64,000 nt of DNA from Nanobdellota archaeon (GTDB lineage Archaea; Nanobdellota; Nanobdellia; Pacearchaeales; GW2011-AR1). The stretch lies in assembly GCA_030648155.1 (NCBI GenBank), contig JAUSIK010000002.1:17205-81204 (forward strand), read 5' to 3'. Within the stretch, counting starts at the first letter, position 1. The number at the start of each line of letters is the position of its first letter. The notes below the pieces were generated by a model. That model was not told where the DNA came from. It saw only the letters and a program-made list of their open reading frames with translations, and ran no database searches. Shown here piece after piece: positions 48,569-58,582 of the stretch. The position numbers and the translations under genes were made by a program.

Positions 48569-50308
48569 TTATTTCCTTTTTTCAATTCTTTCTTTAATTT
48601 CTTCAATTAGCTTATCAAATTTAACCCCAAACTTTGGCTTGCTCCCTCGCTCTCTCACAGCCAATGTTTTATTTTCTTCTTCCTTATCTCCAATTACAAT
48701 TATTATTGGTATCTTTTGCATTTCCGCATCTCGCACTTTATCAGAAACAGTAGTAGATCTAAAATCAGAATCAATTCTCAAATTAGGCAATTCTTTTTCA
48801 AAGTCTTTTACAATTTTTTCAGCAGATTTAATATTTCTATCAGTAAAGTTAATTACTCTAACTTGTAAAGGTGAAAGCCACAACGGTAAAGCACCATTTG
48901 TATGTTCTAATAGTATTCCTATGAATCTTTCAATTGATCCATAAATAACTCTATGAAGCATTATAGGCCTTTTTTTCGTGTTGTCTTTATCAGTATATTC
49001 TAAGTCAAATCTTTCCGGCATAGCAAAATCTAATTGTATAGTTGATAATTGCCAAGTTCTTTCTAGAGAGTCTTTAACATGAAAATCAATTTTTGGGCCA
49101 TAAAACGCTCCATCGCCTTTATTTACCTTATATTTTATTTTGATAGTCTTTAAGGCTTTTTCGAGCATTTTTTCTGCTCTATCCCATGTTTCATCTGAAC
49201 CAATTCTTTTTTCAGGCCTTGTTGATAGTTCAACGTGATCAAATTTCAGATCAAATTTTTTATAAAACTCTTGTATTAATTTAGCAATGTTGATTATTTC
49301 CTCTTCTGTTTGTTCTTCATGACTGCAAAATATATGTGCATCATCTTGTGTAAATTGTATTAATCTGAATAAGCCATTAAGTACTCCAGAAAGTTCTGTT
49401 CTATGAACTACACCTATTTCACCAACTCTTAATGGCATTTCTTTATATGATCTTGAATTAGCCTTAAATACAAGCATTCCACCTGGACAATTCATAGGCT
49501 TAACTAAAAATGGCCTATTTTCATATAAGGTAGTAAAATTATTTTCCCTGTATTTATCCCAGTGGCCGGAAATTTTCCATATTTTACTATCCATAATTTG
49601 AGGAGTCTTAATTTCCTGATATCCTGCTTTTTGATGTTCCTCTCTCCAAAAAGTTACTAGCTGATTGTAAATTCTAAGCCCATTATTGTGCCAGAATACC
49701 ATTCCTGGAGCCACATCATGAAAACTAAACAAATCTAATCTCTGCCCTAGTATTCTATGGTCGTTATCTTTTAATTTAGAAGTATCAAGTTTCGACCTTG
49801 AAATTTCTCTAAGTAATTGTTTTGGATCATAGTCTTCAACTTTCTCTACAGCTAATTTCCCTATTTTATTCTTTTCATCATGCACATGCGATATTTCTGT
49901 CCTGAATTCCTTGCTTAATTCAGCTAATGGATGCCCTTTGCATTTTAATTCAAATTGTTTATAGTGTCCAAAAGGAGCCCTTGTTACACTATAGCCTTCA
50001 CTTCTCAAGGTATTTTCCGCTTCAGTCATATATTCCAGTGCTGTGTCAGGATTGGACAAGTTAGAGGATAAATGTGCATAAGGGTATAATACAATATTTT
50101 TAGTTTTTACATCATTCGCTGTTTTCTTAACAGCTTCGATTAACTGCTTTACAGTCTTATCATTATCTCCTTTTTCTACAGCCGTCAAAACAACTAAAAC
50201 CTCCTCAACTTTTTGCTCCTCTTTATTTTTCAGCTCTTCAGCATTTTTAATTGCTTTTTTGACTGCCTTAAATTTAATATAATCGCAGTGCAATGTTATT
50301 ATTCTCAT
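48569..50308 (-). CDS. thrS: Threonine--tRNA ligase with an archaeal-type N-terminal editing domain
   Basis: LHCDYI...LYPYAHLSS...APFGHYK...CKGHPLAELS, then DHRILG, KPMNCPG, FTQDDAHIF, GAFYGPKID, HRVIYGSIERF. Confidence 0.96.
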   Translation of the reverse strand: MRIITLHCDYIKFKAVKKAIKNAEELKNKEEQKVEEVLVVLTAVEKGDNDKTVKQLIEAVKKTANDVKTKNIVLYPYAHLSSNLSNPDTALEYMTEAENTLRSEGYSVTRAPFGHYKQFELKCKGHPLAELSKEFRTEISHVHDEKNKIGKLAVEKVEDYDPKQLLREISRSKLDTSKLKDNDHRILGQRLDLFSFHDVAPGMVFWHNNGLRIYNQLVTFWREEHQKAGYQEIKTPQIMDSKIWKISGHWDKYRENNFTTLYENRPFLVKPMNCPGGMLVFKANSRSYKEMPLRVGEIGVVHRTELSGVLNGLFRLIQFTQDDAHIFCSHEEQTEEEIINIAKLIQEFYKKFDLKFDHVELSTRPEKRIGSDETWDRAEKMLEKALKTIKIKYKVNKGDGAFYGPKIDFHVKDSLERTWQLSTIQLDFAMPERFDLEYTDKDNTKKRPIMLHRVIYGSIERFIGILLEHTNGALPLWLSPLQVRVINFTDRNIKSAEKIVKDFEKELPNLRIDSDFRSTTVSDKVRDAEMQKIPIIIVIGDKEEENKTLAVRERGSKPKFGVKFDKLIEEIKERIEKRK

Positions 50309-50415
50309 GCTCTCATTTATTTACAGATATTTATAAACATTCTCTTATAGTCTTTTACCTCTATAAATAACCAGCATAAAAGAACAACTTATATAAACAA
50401 TTACCAATACTATAA

Positions 50416-51018
50416 TTGGTGGAACTGCTTTCCCCAAATATTAAAGATGGAATTAAAGCTCTGGATAGTAATTTTAATGAAGTATTCCTAAATAAAACCG
50501 AAGAATTTCTTGATAAAGGATTTTATATGCAAGAGAAAGATTTTCCCAAAGTTGAATTATTAATCAATAATTTGAGAAACTATGTAAAGGCAAGAGTAGA
50601 GGAAATATCTGTCGAATTAAATAATAAAGAATGGTATTTTCTAAAAAAAGTAGAAATATCTAAATTCAATTCTAAATTTAGTATAATTAGAAACAATACA
50701 CCTATAATTCCACCATCTTTCAGAGAAAAGGTAATCATGCTTGAAAAACGAGGCAAAGACCTTTTTTATATGACGGATAGGTCAGGGGAGGATATTGCAG
50801 GATTTGTAGATTATGATCAATATCACAGAGGAATAAATCAGATTTATTCACAGGGAGGAAAAAAAGAAATTGAGGGCCTTGGGAAAGTTGTTTTAGAAGG
50901 TACTAGCAATAAGAATAAAATAAATTTATCTTTAATTGACAGCGAAAACCCTAATTTATTTTATTCAGGAGTATTTAATTATAAATCACTTGCTTCCCCT
51001 CTATTTTTTAAAATATAG
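50416..51018 (+). CDS. Hypothetical protein
   Basis: 200-aa ORF, start uncertain (TTG/GTG). Confidence 0.55.
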   Translation: MVELLSPNIKDGIKALDSNFNEVFLNKTEEFLDKGFYMQEKDFPKVELLINNLRNYVKARVEEISVELNNKEWYFLKKVEISKFNSKFSIIRNNTPIIPPSFREKVIMLEKRGKDLFYMTDRSGEDIAGFVDYDQYHRGINQIYSQGGKKEIEGLGKVVLEGTSNKNKINLSLIDSENPNLFYSGVFNYKSLASPLFFKI

Positions 51019-51149
51019 TCAAGGACACTGAATTTTTAACATTTGTGCCTTAACTATTTAGGGGAAGACATATATTCTTATTCAATTATTTATGTCTTTC
51101 ACTATAGATAAAAAATACAGCTAAAGTTTTTAAACCATATTTCCTTAAC

Positions 51150-51425
51150 TTGACAATGGACAATAAAGAGGAAATATCTTCAGAATTTAGGGAGTTAACT
51201 GATAAAGTCATAGAGTTTACAGGCAATAAAGGCCTTGTTTCTAGGTCGCATATCTTAGAAAAATTCTCGATAAGTGGAGAAGAGAGAGTGCATAATGCGG
51301 TAAAATATTGTGTCGAAAATCATTTACTTAATCCTTATTATTCTCATTGCTCTGTCACAACACAGATAAAAGATGATAATGTATATTACGGTGCCTCATT
51401 TCAGAATAGAGATTCTCATTTATAA
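51150..51425 (+). CDS. Small hypothetical protein, possibly wHTH-like
   Basis: VSRSHILEKFSISGEERVHNAVKYCVENHLL. Confidence 0.45.
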   Translation: MTMDNKEEISSEFRELTDKVIEFTGNKGLVSRSHILEKFSISGEERVHNAVKYCVENHLLNPYYSHCSVTTQIKDDNVYYGASFQNRDSHL

Positions 51426-51790
51426 CATTTTGACAAGACTTTTAAATCATTAAGGCTTTTAGTCCCATAGTGCATGGTATAATTAATTTCCCAAGCAGGC
51501 ACACTTTTAATGTTAGAGCATTCAATTGGCTCTTTCGAACAATCAATATAATCTAATAATTTAAAGGCAACAGCTCCAAAAATTTCTTTTTGTTCATTGC
51601 AGTCAGGACAGGTTTTAGAGCCATAAAACTTTGCCCCCCCATCTGTAAGGCATCTTGCAAGGTCATTAGTAGGGTCATCATTAATTAAATATCCCGTAGT
51701 TTTTGAAAACCAATCTGAAAAATTATACAATACAACTATCAATAATACGGCCAAAGTAAAAGTAGTAATCACCTTGAATCTTTTCTCCAT
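51416..51790 (-). CDS. Membrane-anchored thioredoxin-fold CxxC protein
   Basis: LARCLT..GAKFYGSKTCPDCNEQKEIFG...YIDC...VPAWEI. Confidence 0.8.
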   Translation of the reverse strand: MEKRFKVITTFTLAVLLIVVLYNFSDWFSKTTGYLINDDPTNDLARCLTDGGAKFYGSKTCPDCNEQKEIFGAVAFKLLDYIDCSKEPIECSNIKSVPAWEINYTMHYGTKSLNDLKVLSKCYK

Positions 51791-52010
51791 TGCTATTGAA
51801 CATCCATCCTGTTTTTATTCCTTTCTATGATAAATCTTATCATTACATATATAAAATAACTCTGTTTATGACCTGCAACCATTATATCTCCCCCAGGTTA
51901 TTTTACTTTTTTACATATATTGTTAATATTTACATTTGTAAAAAATGAGGTAATATAGTTTATTTTACCATTACAGAAACATTTATAAGTTCTTTATCAT
52001 AATTTTACCT

Positions 52011-52571
52011 ATGGCATTAAGCATTTTATTATGGATTATAATAGCTTTTCTTGCAATAATTGTTATTATGTTTGTTTTCTATTATAATAGATTCGTAGTT
52101 TTAGGAAATAGAATAGATAATTCTCTAGCTCAAATTGATGTTCAATTAAAGAAAAGGGCAGATCTAGTTCCAAATTTGATAAGTTCCATAAAAGGTTACG
52201 TAAAGCATGAAAAGGGAGTTATAACTGAAGTTACAAATGCAAGGAAAGCAATGCTTTCAGGTAAAACACTTCCAGAAAGGGCAAAAGCAGGTTCAGAATT
52301 ACAAACAGCACTTAAATCAATATTCGCATTGGCAGAAAATTATCCTCAATTAAGAGCCAACGAAAACTTCCTTCAATTACAGCAGGAATTATCGGCTATC
52401 GAAGATAAAATAGCCTATACGAGGCAATTCTATAACGACTCAATTTTATCATACAACAATTCAGTTGAATCATTCCCCGGGGTTATGTTTGCAAAGATCT
52501 ATGGAAAAACAGAAAAGCCTTCATTGGAAATAGCCCCAGAAGAGCGCGCAGTTCCAAAAGTAGATTTCTAA
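52011..52571 (+). CDS. lemA: LemA family protein
   Basis: QIDVQLKKRADLVPNL, ENYPQLRANENFLQLQ..L...EDKIAYTRQFYND. Confidence 0.95.
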   Translation: MALSILLWIIIAFLAIIVIMFVFYYNRFVVLGNRIDNSLAQIDVQLKKRADLVPNLISSIKGYVKHEKGVITEVTNARKAMLSGKTLPERAKAGSELQTALKSIFALAENYPQLRANENFLQLQQELSAIEDKIAYTRQFYNDSILSYNNSVESFPGVMFAKIYGKTEKPSLEIAPEERAVPKVDF

Positions 52572-52572
52572 A

Positions 52573-52664
52573 ATCGCAAAACTCTTCAGGTTTAGTGGTT
52601 TTGTGAGAACCGGGAGAAATCGACATAACAAACTCCAGCTTTAAAGCTGGATTTCTCACGAGTA
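52573..52664. mobile_element. ~93-bp palindromic non-autonomous element, family 2, copy B
   Basis: Homologous to 17917-18010, with an inner hairpin TCCAGCT-TTAA-AGCTGGA. Followed by TTAA, like copy A. Confidence 0.75.
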
Positions 52665-52709
52665 TTAATAAACCAATAGGTTTAAAAGTAAAAAACAAGC
52701 TCTATTTTA

Positions 52710-54194
52710 ATGAGAGAATCATTAAAATTAGGACTTGCAGCAATACTTGCCTTTTCTAGCTCTTGCTCTCGTCAAGAGTTGCCCCAGCCAGTACATCCTA
52801 ATCCTTTCTATGCCTCTATAGAAAGAGAAATAAGAAAGAATGACAATTGGGTGGAGGGCTTCATTACAGAAGATGCTTCTGAAACAAATAATGATGGCTT
52901 TATTTCATTAATGATTTACGGTGAGGAAGAATTAAAAAGTTTAGCTGAAATGGGAATTTCACCCCCCATTGCAAGTTATAACCCAAAATCAAAAGTACTT
53001 TTACTTCCTAATTATCCTAATGAATCAGAAAATGCAGAAGTATTAAATGCTATAGACCACGAGTTGTGGCACACACTTTACAATTCTAAAGACATCAATG
53101 GATTAACCAGTTCAAATTTTTATAAAGGCCCATCTCAAGAGGAAATTTCAAATTATGTCCAAGTAAAAACAAATAATAATGAATTCGACAAATTAAAATC
53201 CTCGATTGCTAAAGTTGAATATATTGAAGATTTTAAGGTTTTATCTGCAGAATTTGCAGATTACTATGGGCAATACGCTGAATTATTAGAAAGTTATAAT
53301 TCTCAAGTTAGTAAGAACGATAATAATTCATTGAAAGAATACCTCTCTGAAGAAGAAAAAAGGAGAATAGATGAAGAAAGAAAAACAATTCACAATAAAA
53401 TTAATCAATTTAAACCAATACTAGAAAAAATATACGATTGGAGAGAAGAAATTGTTAAGGGTAATAATAGGTCAAATTTGTCCTTATTAGAATCTACCTT
53501 AGATGATCTATCTGCACTAAAAAACAAATTTGAATCCTATACTAAAGAGTTATCCCAATTTAAAGATTTGCCCAAAATCAATAAAAATTTTAACTCCAAA
53601 GAAAATACCATTTATGAGCAAGCTGAAGAAAGACATTTTCAAGCAGAAATAAAATCATTAGAGGACAAACTTTCTAAATCCCATTCAGAAACAGAAAGGG
53701 AAATTTTAATTTCAAGAATTAGTTGGGATAAACAACATCATCAAGAAATGTCTAAAATAAAATCATTTGAAAACCAAATACCTTCTTTTCTTGACTCCAT
53801 TATTTTTAGTCATAAATACAAAGCCCAAATTGTGGCAGATGCCAATAAAAATTCTGCAAAAGATATATTATCTACAGATGAAGTAATGGCAAGAATTGTG
53901 GATTCTTTATATAGCCTTTATTTTGATGAAGTTACCCAACATAATTTTCCATTAAATAAGGAAGATTTAAATTTTCTTTCCGGATTTGAATATAAAGGCA
54001 AAAAAATATTCAAAAAAGGTATAGAGAAGTATACACTAGGTTTAGAAATGATTGGAGATGGAGTTTCTAAAGACGAGATAAAAAAACAATTAGAATATTC
54101 TACCTCATTCACTTATAAGGGTAGAACATATAACTGGCCAGAATCAAAGTTTTCAATTAAAGGAAATTTACCAATGTGGAATTTAATCAAATAA
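52710..54194 (+). CDS. Putative lipoprotein with a HExxH zincin-like motif and a coiled-coil insert
   Basis: LAFSSSC lipobox-like, AIDHELWH, distal DEVMAR. Confidence 0.6.
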   Translation: MRESLKLGLAAILAFSSSCSRQELPQPVHPNPFYASIEREIRKNDNWVEGFITEDASETNNDGFISLMIYGEEELKSLAEMGISPPIASYNPKSKVLLLPNYPNESENAEVLNAIDHELWHTLYNSKDINGLTSSNFYKGPSQEEISNYVQVKTNNNEFDKLKSSIAKVEYIEDFKVLSAEFADYYGQYAELLESYNSQVSKNDNNSLKEYLSEEEKRRIDEERKTIHNKINQFKPILEKIYDWREEIVKGNNRSNLSLLESTLDDLSALKNKFESYTKELSQFKDLPKINKNFNSKENTIYEQAEERHFQAEIKSLEDKLSKSHSETEREILISRISWDKQHHQEMSKIKSFENQIPSFLDSIIFSHKYKAQIVADANKNSAKDILSTDEVMARIVDSLYSLYFDEVTQHNFPLNKEDLNFLSGFEYKGKKIFKKGIEKYTLGLEMIGDGVSKDEIKKQLEYSTSFTYKGRTYNWPESKFSIKGNLPMWNLIK

Positions 54195-54229
54195 ATTAAT
54201 TTTAAATACCTATCCCCCTTATAATATTC

Positions 54230-55132
54230 ATGACAGAAAGGCTTTCATTTCACGAAGAAATTCAAAAAAACAAATTAAAATCTATTTTCTTAATTGTAAT
54301 AATTTTCATATTCTTCATTGGCCTAGGATATATCATTGCCAAGGTTATGGATACATCATATTTTTTCTTAATAATGATAATAGCAATAATATTCTCTCTA
54401 GGTTATGTTCTATTAAGTTATTATAACTCGGATAAAATAGCCTTACTATCAGTCAATGCAAAACCAGCATCGCAAACAGAGCACAGGGCACTATTTCACG
54501 CAGTTGAATCAATGTCTCTGGCATCAGGATTGCCTATGCCAAAAGTTTACATTATGAATTCAGAGCAAATTAATGCTTTTGCATCAGGGAGAGATCCACA
54601 GCATGCGGTAATTTGTGTAACAACTGGAATGTTAAATAAATTAAATAAGCAGGAGCTAGAGGGAGTAATCGCCCATGAAATGTCCCATATAGCAAATTAT
54701 GATATTCGTTTTATGACTTTAACAGCGGTACTAGTAGGAATGGTCTCAATTATAGCTCAATTATTCCTAAGAAATATTTGGATTGCTAAATCAGATGGGG
54801 ATAATAAAAAAGGAAATGCTATTCTTCTAATAATTGCTCTAGTAGCCGCAATTTTAGCCCCTCTAGCAGTAAAATTGATATCATTAGCTATATCAAGAAA
54901 AAGAGAATTTACTGCGGATGCGACAGGAGTTAAATTTGTTCGCTCTCCAACAGGCCTTAAAAGTGCCCTGCAAAAAATTAGAGACGAACATGTCTCTCGT
55001 CAAGACCTGCAAAGGTATCCAAAAGCAGTCGCCCCATTATTTATAGGCGACCCTTATAAGAAGAAGTTCCAGGATGTTTTTTCAACACATCCAGATGTGA
55101 ATGAAAGAATAAGAAGATTATCGCAAATGTAG
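54230..55132 (+). CDS. htpX: HtpX-like M48 zinc metalloprotease
   Basis: NAFASGRDP, ELEGVIAHEMSHI, SRKREFTADA, FSTHP. Confidence 0.93.
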   Translation: MTERLSFHEEIQKNKLKSIFLIVIIFIFFIGLGYIIAKVMDTSYFFLIMIIAIIFSLGYVLLSYYNSDKIALLSVNAKPASQTEHRALFHAVESMSLASGLPMPKVYIMNSEQINAFASGRDPQHAVICVTTGMLNKLNKQELEGVIAHEMSHIANYDIRFMTLTAVLVGMVSIIAQLFLRNIWIAKSDGDNKKGNAILLIIALVAAILAPLAVKLISLAISRKREFTADATGVKFVRSPTGLKSALQKIRDEHVSRQDLQRYPKAVAPLFIGDPYKKKFQDVFSTHPDVNERIRRLSQM

Positions 55133-56353
55133 TTAAGCTGTTTTAACCCAATTAGGTCTCCACGAAGTATATTCATTATCGGTAAATATATATTTATTAG
55201 GATTTTTAATATATTCCTCCATAAATTTATCTAAACTTTTTCCATTTTCCTGCTTAACAATATAATGTGCAAAATCAATAATATTCATTATATTATCTTG
55301 CATTTTTATAGCTATATCCTCTCCTCTATAAACTTTTTCAGCGCCAGCATTTCGCATATTTTGTATAGTCCTGTTCGCCATTATTAATGGCACTGCACAA
55401 AATGCCCTATACCCGCTTAATGATTGAGGTATAGATTTGATATATTCTACTGAACTATCAAAATTATTTTCAGCAAGCAGTAAAACATCATTTAATACTT
55501 TTTGTCTAGCTGATTCAGCATCTACACCCTTGCCGTCCATCATATATTCATAACTGACTTCTTTAGGTATAAATTCTCTAGGGAAAAATCTTCTGTTTTC
55601 TTTAAAATCAGTTCTTATATTTTTTGAAATATTTGTAAGCTGTAAATACTCCCCAAATTTCTGGGCCAAATTGTCGTTTAATCTAATAATTTTCCCCTTC
55701 ACAGGATCCTTATACTCGATCAATCTATTTAAAAAACCACTTCCAATCCTTCCAGCTACATGAAAACAATAGTCATGAAGTTGTTCTTTTGTTTGGATAG
55801 GGCCCCTTTCTAAGAATCTAGTCATCCCATCAGCCATGCTTTTTACACAATAATCTATGGATTCTCTAATTTCCCTGCCTTTAGGTTCTTTTCCAATTTC
55901 ATATAAATCTCTTAATACTATCCCCTTGCCAAAATGCTCTACAAATACTCGGGCTTTATCATCAATAGCATTATCGACTAATTTTTTAGTAACGCTCTGA
56001 AGATCTTCGCCATTTATTAAATCCTCAATTCCCCCAGAATGAGCAGGATCTCTTCTTACTACCTCTCCGATAAGGTAAGACAATCTATTAATAACCCAAA
56101 CTTTATCATTATTGCTTAATGTATCAGGAGCATCCTCGCTTTCATCTAATTCTCTTAATAAATTATAAGTCGTTCTAACATGAATCTCTTTATCAGATTC
56201 ATTCTTTCCTCTTGATATTCCAAGCAATTTTATAGGGGAGTAAAAACTAACAGATTTCACAGCAAGTAAATCATCTGAAGTCAAAGTTTCCCCTCGTTGA
56301 CTCTTTTGAATTATCTCATACGGCCTTGGCCAGGGGAATAATGAATTTACCAT
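55133..56353 (-). CDS. Squalene/phytoene synthase-family protein (head-to-head prenyltransferase fold)
   Basis: YNLLRELDESED, MADGM, LHDYCFHVAGRIG, FGEYLQLTNISKNIRTD...RRFFP, RAFCAVPL. Confidence 0.75.
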   Translation of the reverse strand: MVNSLFPWPRPYEIIQKSQRGETLTSDDLLAVKSVSFYSPIKLLGISRGKNESDKEIHVRTTYNLLRELDESEDAPDTLSNNDKVWVINRLSYLIGEVVRRDPAHSGGIEDLINGEDLQSVTKKLVDNAIDDKARVFVEHFGKGIVLRDLYEIGKEPKGREIRESIDYCVKSMADGMTRFLERGPIQTKEQLHDYCFHVAGRIGSGFLNRLIEYKDPVKGKIIRLNDNLAQKFGEYLQLTNISKNIRTDFKENRRFFPREFIPKEVSYEYMMDGKGVDAESARQKVLNDVLLLAENNFDSSVEYIKSIPQSLSGYRAFCAVPLIMANRTIQNMRNAGAEKVYRGEDIAIKMQDNIMNIIDFAHYIVKQENGKSLDKFMEEYIKNPNKYIFTDNEYTSWRPNWVKTA

Positions 56354-56487
56354 ATTAAAGTAGCACTTTCTTTATTTATTAATTTATCGTCGTGAATGTT
56401 TGTTCCCAGTTGATAGTAAAAAATCTCTGAATGAACAAAAAGAAACCCTAATAAACCCCTTTTACCCAAATAAGTATGAGGTGAATC

Positions 56488-57642
56488 ATGTTAACTATAT
56501 TCGAATTAATAATATTCTGGCTTATATTTGACGGCCCTTATATGCTTTACAGATCACTGCTATTTTTTGCCTATAATAGAAAAATAACTGCACTCTCAAA
56601 ACCAAGAGCAACAATCCTGATACCAGCATACAACGAGGAGTTAAGTATTGAAAAAACTCTAAGATCATGTATTCATCAGTCATATCCTAATTTAGAAATA
56701 ATTGTAATAAACGATGGAAGCAAAGATTCAACCGCTGAAATTGTTAAAAATTTTATTCTTCACCATAGGCATAAAAACATAAGATTAATTAATCAGGAAA
56801 ATCAAGGAAAAGCCAGAGCATTAAACAATGGTTTAAAAAAAGCTAATTCCGAGTTTTTAATAACAATAGATGCGGATTCTTATCTCCATCATAAATCTGT
56901 AGAACTTTTAATGGCTAAATTTAAATCTAAAAAAGTTGGTGCTGTAGCTGGAAACATTGTGGCACTATCACGTCATAAGCTTCTAGGTTATATACAAAAA
57001 ATGGAGTACGAGATAAGCACTCATTTTTTGAGGGAATCTCAAAGCGCATTAGGGGCGGTTACAGTTACACCTGGAGCTTTTTCAGGATACAGAAGATCCG
57101 CATTGATAAAATTTGAAGAAGGAACATTAACAGAAGATTTTGATAGTTCGGCAAAAGTTCTAGATAGAGGTTATGAAATTATTATTGCTGTTGACGCTTT
57201 ATGTTATACGCAAGTTCCATTAAATATTATAGACATAATTAAACAAAGAATAAGGTGGCAGCAAGGAGGAATAGAAGTTTTTTCCAAGCATTTATTTGAG
57301 AACAAACGATTTTTAGTTTCTTTAGAAATGTTTCTTATATTTTTTTATGGATTCTATGGGCTTTTCCCTAAGATTTTAACTTTTCTAATTCTTCCATTGA
57401 ACTTATATTCATTTAACATCTCCACCTTTTTATTTGGATTATTAATATTTTTAATTTACTTCACATTGATTTGGAGCATTAAACTAGCTGTAATCGGTAT
57501 GAAAGACATAGGATATTATCTTATAGTCCCATTATTCTTAATATATTGGTATACTATAATATTATATTCAATTTTGGCAGCGCAAATAATGGTTTTCAAA
57601 AAAAATAAGAGGTGGGGAACATTGCAAAGATACCGTATGTAA
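56488..57642 (+). CDS. Processive GT2 glycosyltransferase (cellulose synthase/PNAG synthase-like)
   Basis: IPAYNEE, NDGSKD, GKARALN, IDADS, TEDFD, QRIRW, TM helices. Confidence 0.9.
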   Translation: MLTIFELIIFWLIFDGPYMLYRSLLFFAYNRKITALSKPRATILIPAYNEELSIEKTLRSCIHQSYPNLEIIVINDGSKDSTAEIVKNFILHHRHKNIRLINQENQGKARALNNGLKKANSEFLITIDADSYLHHKSVELLMAKFKSKKVGAVAGNIVALSRHKLLGYIQKMEYEISTHFLRESQSALGAVTVTPGAFSGYRRSALIKFEEGTLTEDFDSSAKVLDRGYEIIIAVDALCYTQVPLNIIDIIKQRIRWQQGGIEVFSKHLFENKRFLVSLEMFLIFFYGFYGLFPKILTFLILPLNLYSFNISTFLFGLLIFLIYFTLIWSIKLAVIGMKDIGYYLIVPLFLIYWYTIILYSILAAQIMVFKKNKRWGTLQRYRM

Positions 57643-57935
57643 AGGAAGTTATTATTTACTTTATTAAATTTATTGCAATATTCTTATTATTACGAGAAGT
57701 GTTTGCTTATTTAGGCCTTCTAAATATTCAGCTATTGGAAATACTGGCATTATTTGCAGCTTTTCCAATGAAATTTATCTTTCAATTAATGTTTATAGCA
57801 GTTTATTTTGTCTTTTTCTTTATAACCAAGGATACTTCTTCAGAGTTCGCTTTGTTATTTATTTATCTTCTTAATACATTATTAAATACATTTTTAATAA
57901 TGATTCATGTTAAATATTTGACACTGAAAAAGTAA
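57612..57935 (+). CDS. Small multi-TM membrane protein, possibly a GT2 partner
   Basis: Hydrophobic 107-aa ORF overlapping the GT2 end. Confidence 0.5.
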   Translation: MGNIAKIPYVKEVIIYFIKFIAIFLLLREVFAYLGLLNIQLLEILALFAAFPMKFIFQLMFIAVYFVFFFITKDTSSEFALLFIYLLNTLLNTFLIMIHVKYLTLKK

Positions 57936-57983
57936 TTATACCTATATAGATAATATTATTAATAACCTATTATTGCCTATTAT

Positions 57984-58226
57984 ATGGAAATGAAATATCA
58001 TGCAGATATAGTTATAAATAAAGAAAAATTAAGTACAGGAAAGTCTTTTTTTGTAGCTCATTGTGTAAATTTAGGTATAGCTTCTCAAGGATCAAGCACA
58101 GACGAGGCTTTAGAAAATATAAAAGAGGCTATTGAATTGTATTTAGAAGAACAAGAAGAGGATTATGAAAAGCTATCATTATCTAAAGATCCATCTATTT
58201 TTTCAATTATCAAGATAAAAAAATGA
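57984..58226 (+). CDS. HicB-like antitoxin domain protein (orphan)
   Basis: FVAHCVNLGIASQGSSTDEALENIKEAIELYLE. Confidence 0.8.
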   Translation: MEMKYHADIVINKEKLSTGKSFFVAHCVNLGIASQGSSTDEALENIKEAIELYLEEQEEDYEKLSLSKDPSIFSIIKIKK

Positions 58227-58531
58227 ACTTTAAAGAAAAATGTTATACACTATTGAAAAAAGTACCAAAAGGAAAAGTTACTACATACAAAGAAATTGCA
58301 GAGGCACTAAACTCTAAGGCCTATCGGGCAGTAGGCATGGCAATGAAATCTAATCCCCATGCTCCGCTAGTTCCATGCCATAGAGTCATATCCTCAAATG
58401 GCAAAATAGGAGGATATACTTCAAATAATAGAATTAATATCCAAAAGAAAATTAAACTTTTAGTTTCAGAGGGGATCGAAATAAAAGATAATAAGATAAA
58501 TCTCGAAAAATTTCATTATAAATTCAATTAA
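58223..58531 (+). CDS. ogt: Methylated-DNA--protein-cysteine methyltransferase (short MGMT)
   Basis: VPKGKVTTYKEIA, RAVG, active-site PCHRV. Confidence 0.9.
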   Translation: MNFKEKCYTLLKKVPKGKVTTYKEIAEALNSKAYRAVGMAMKSNPHAPLVPCHRVISSNGKIGGYTSNNRINIQKKIKLLVSEGIEIKDNKINLEKFHYKFN

Positions 58532-58582
58532 ATCCCTAAAAAATCATATATCTTTATAAATAAATTAATTCTAAAAATCAAG

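Noticed and set aside
57984..58531. HicAB toxin-antitoxin pair
   Set aside because: The gene overlapping the HicB-like ORF is an MGMT (PCHRV), not HicA, so the antitoxin appears orphan here.
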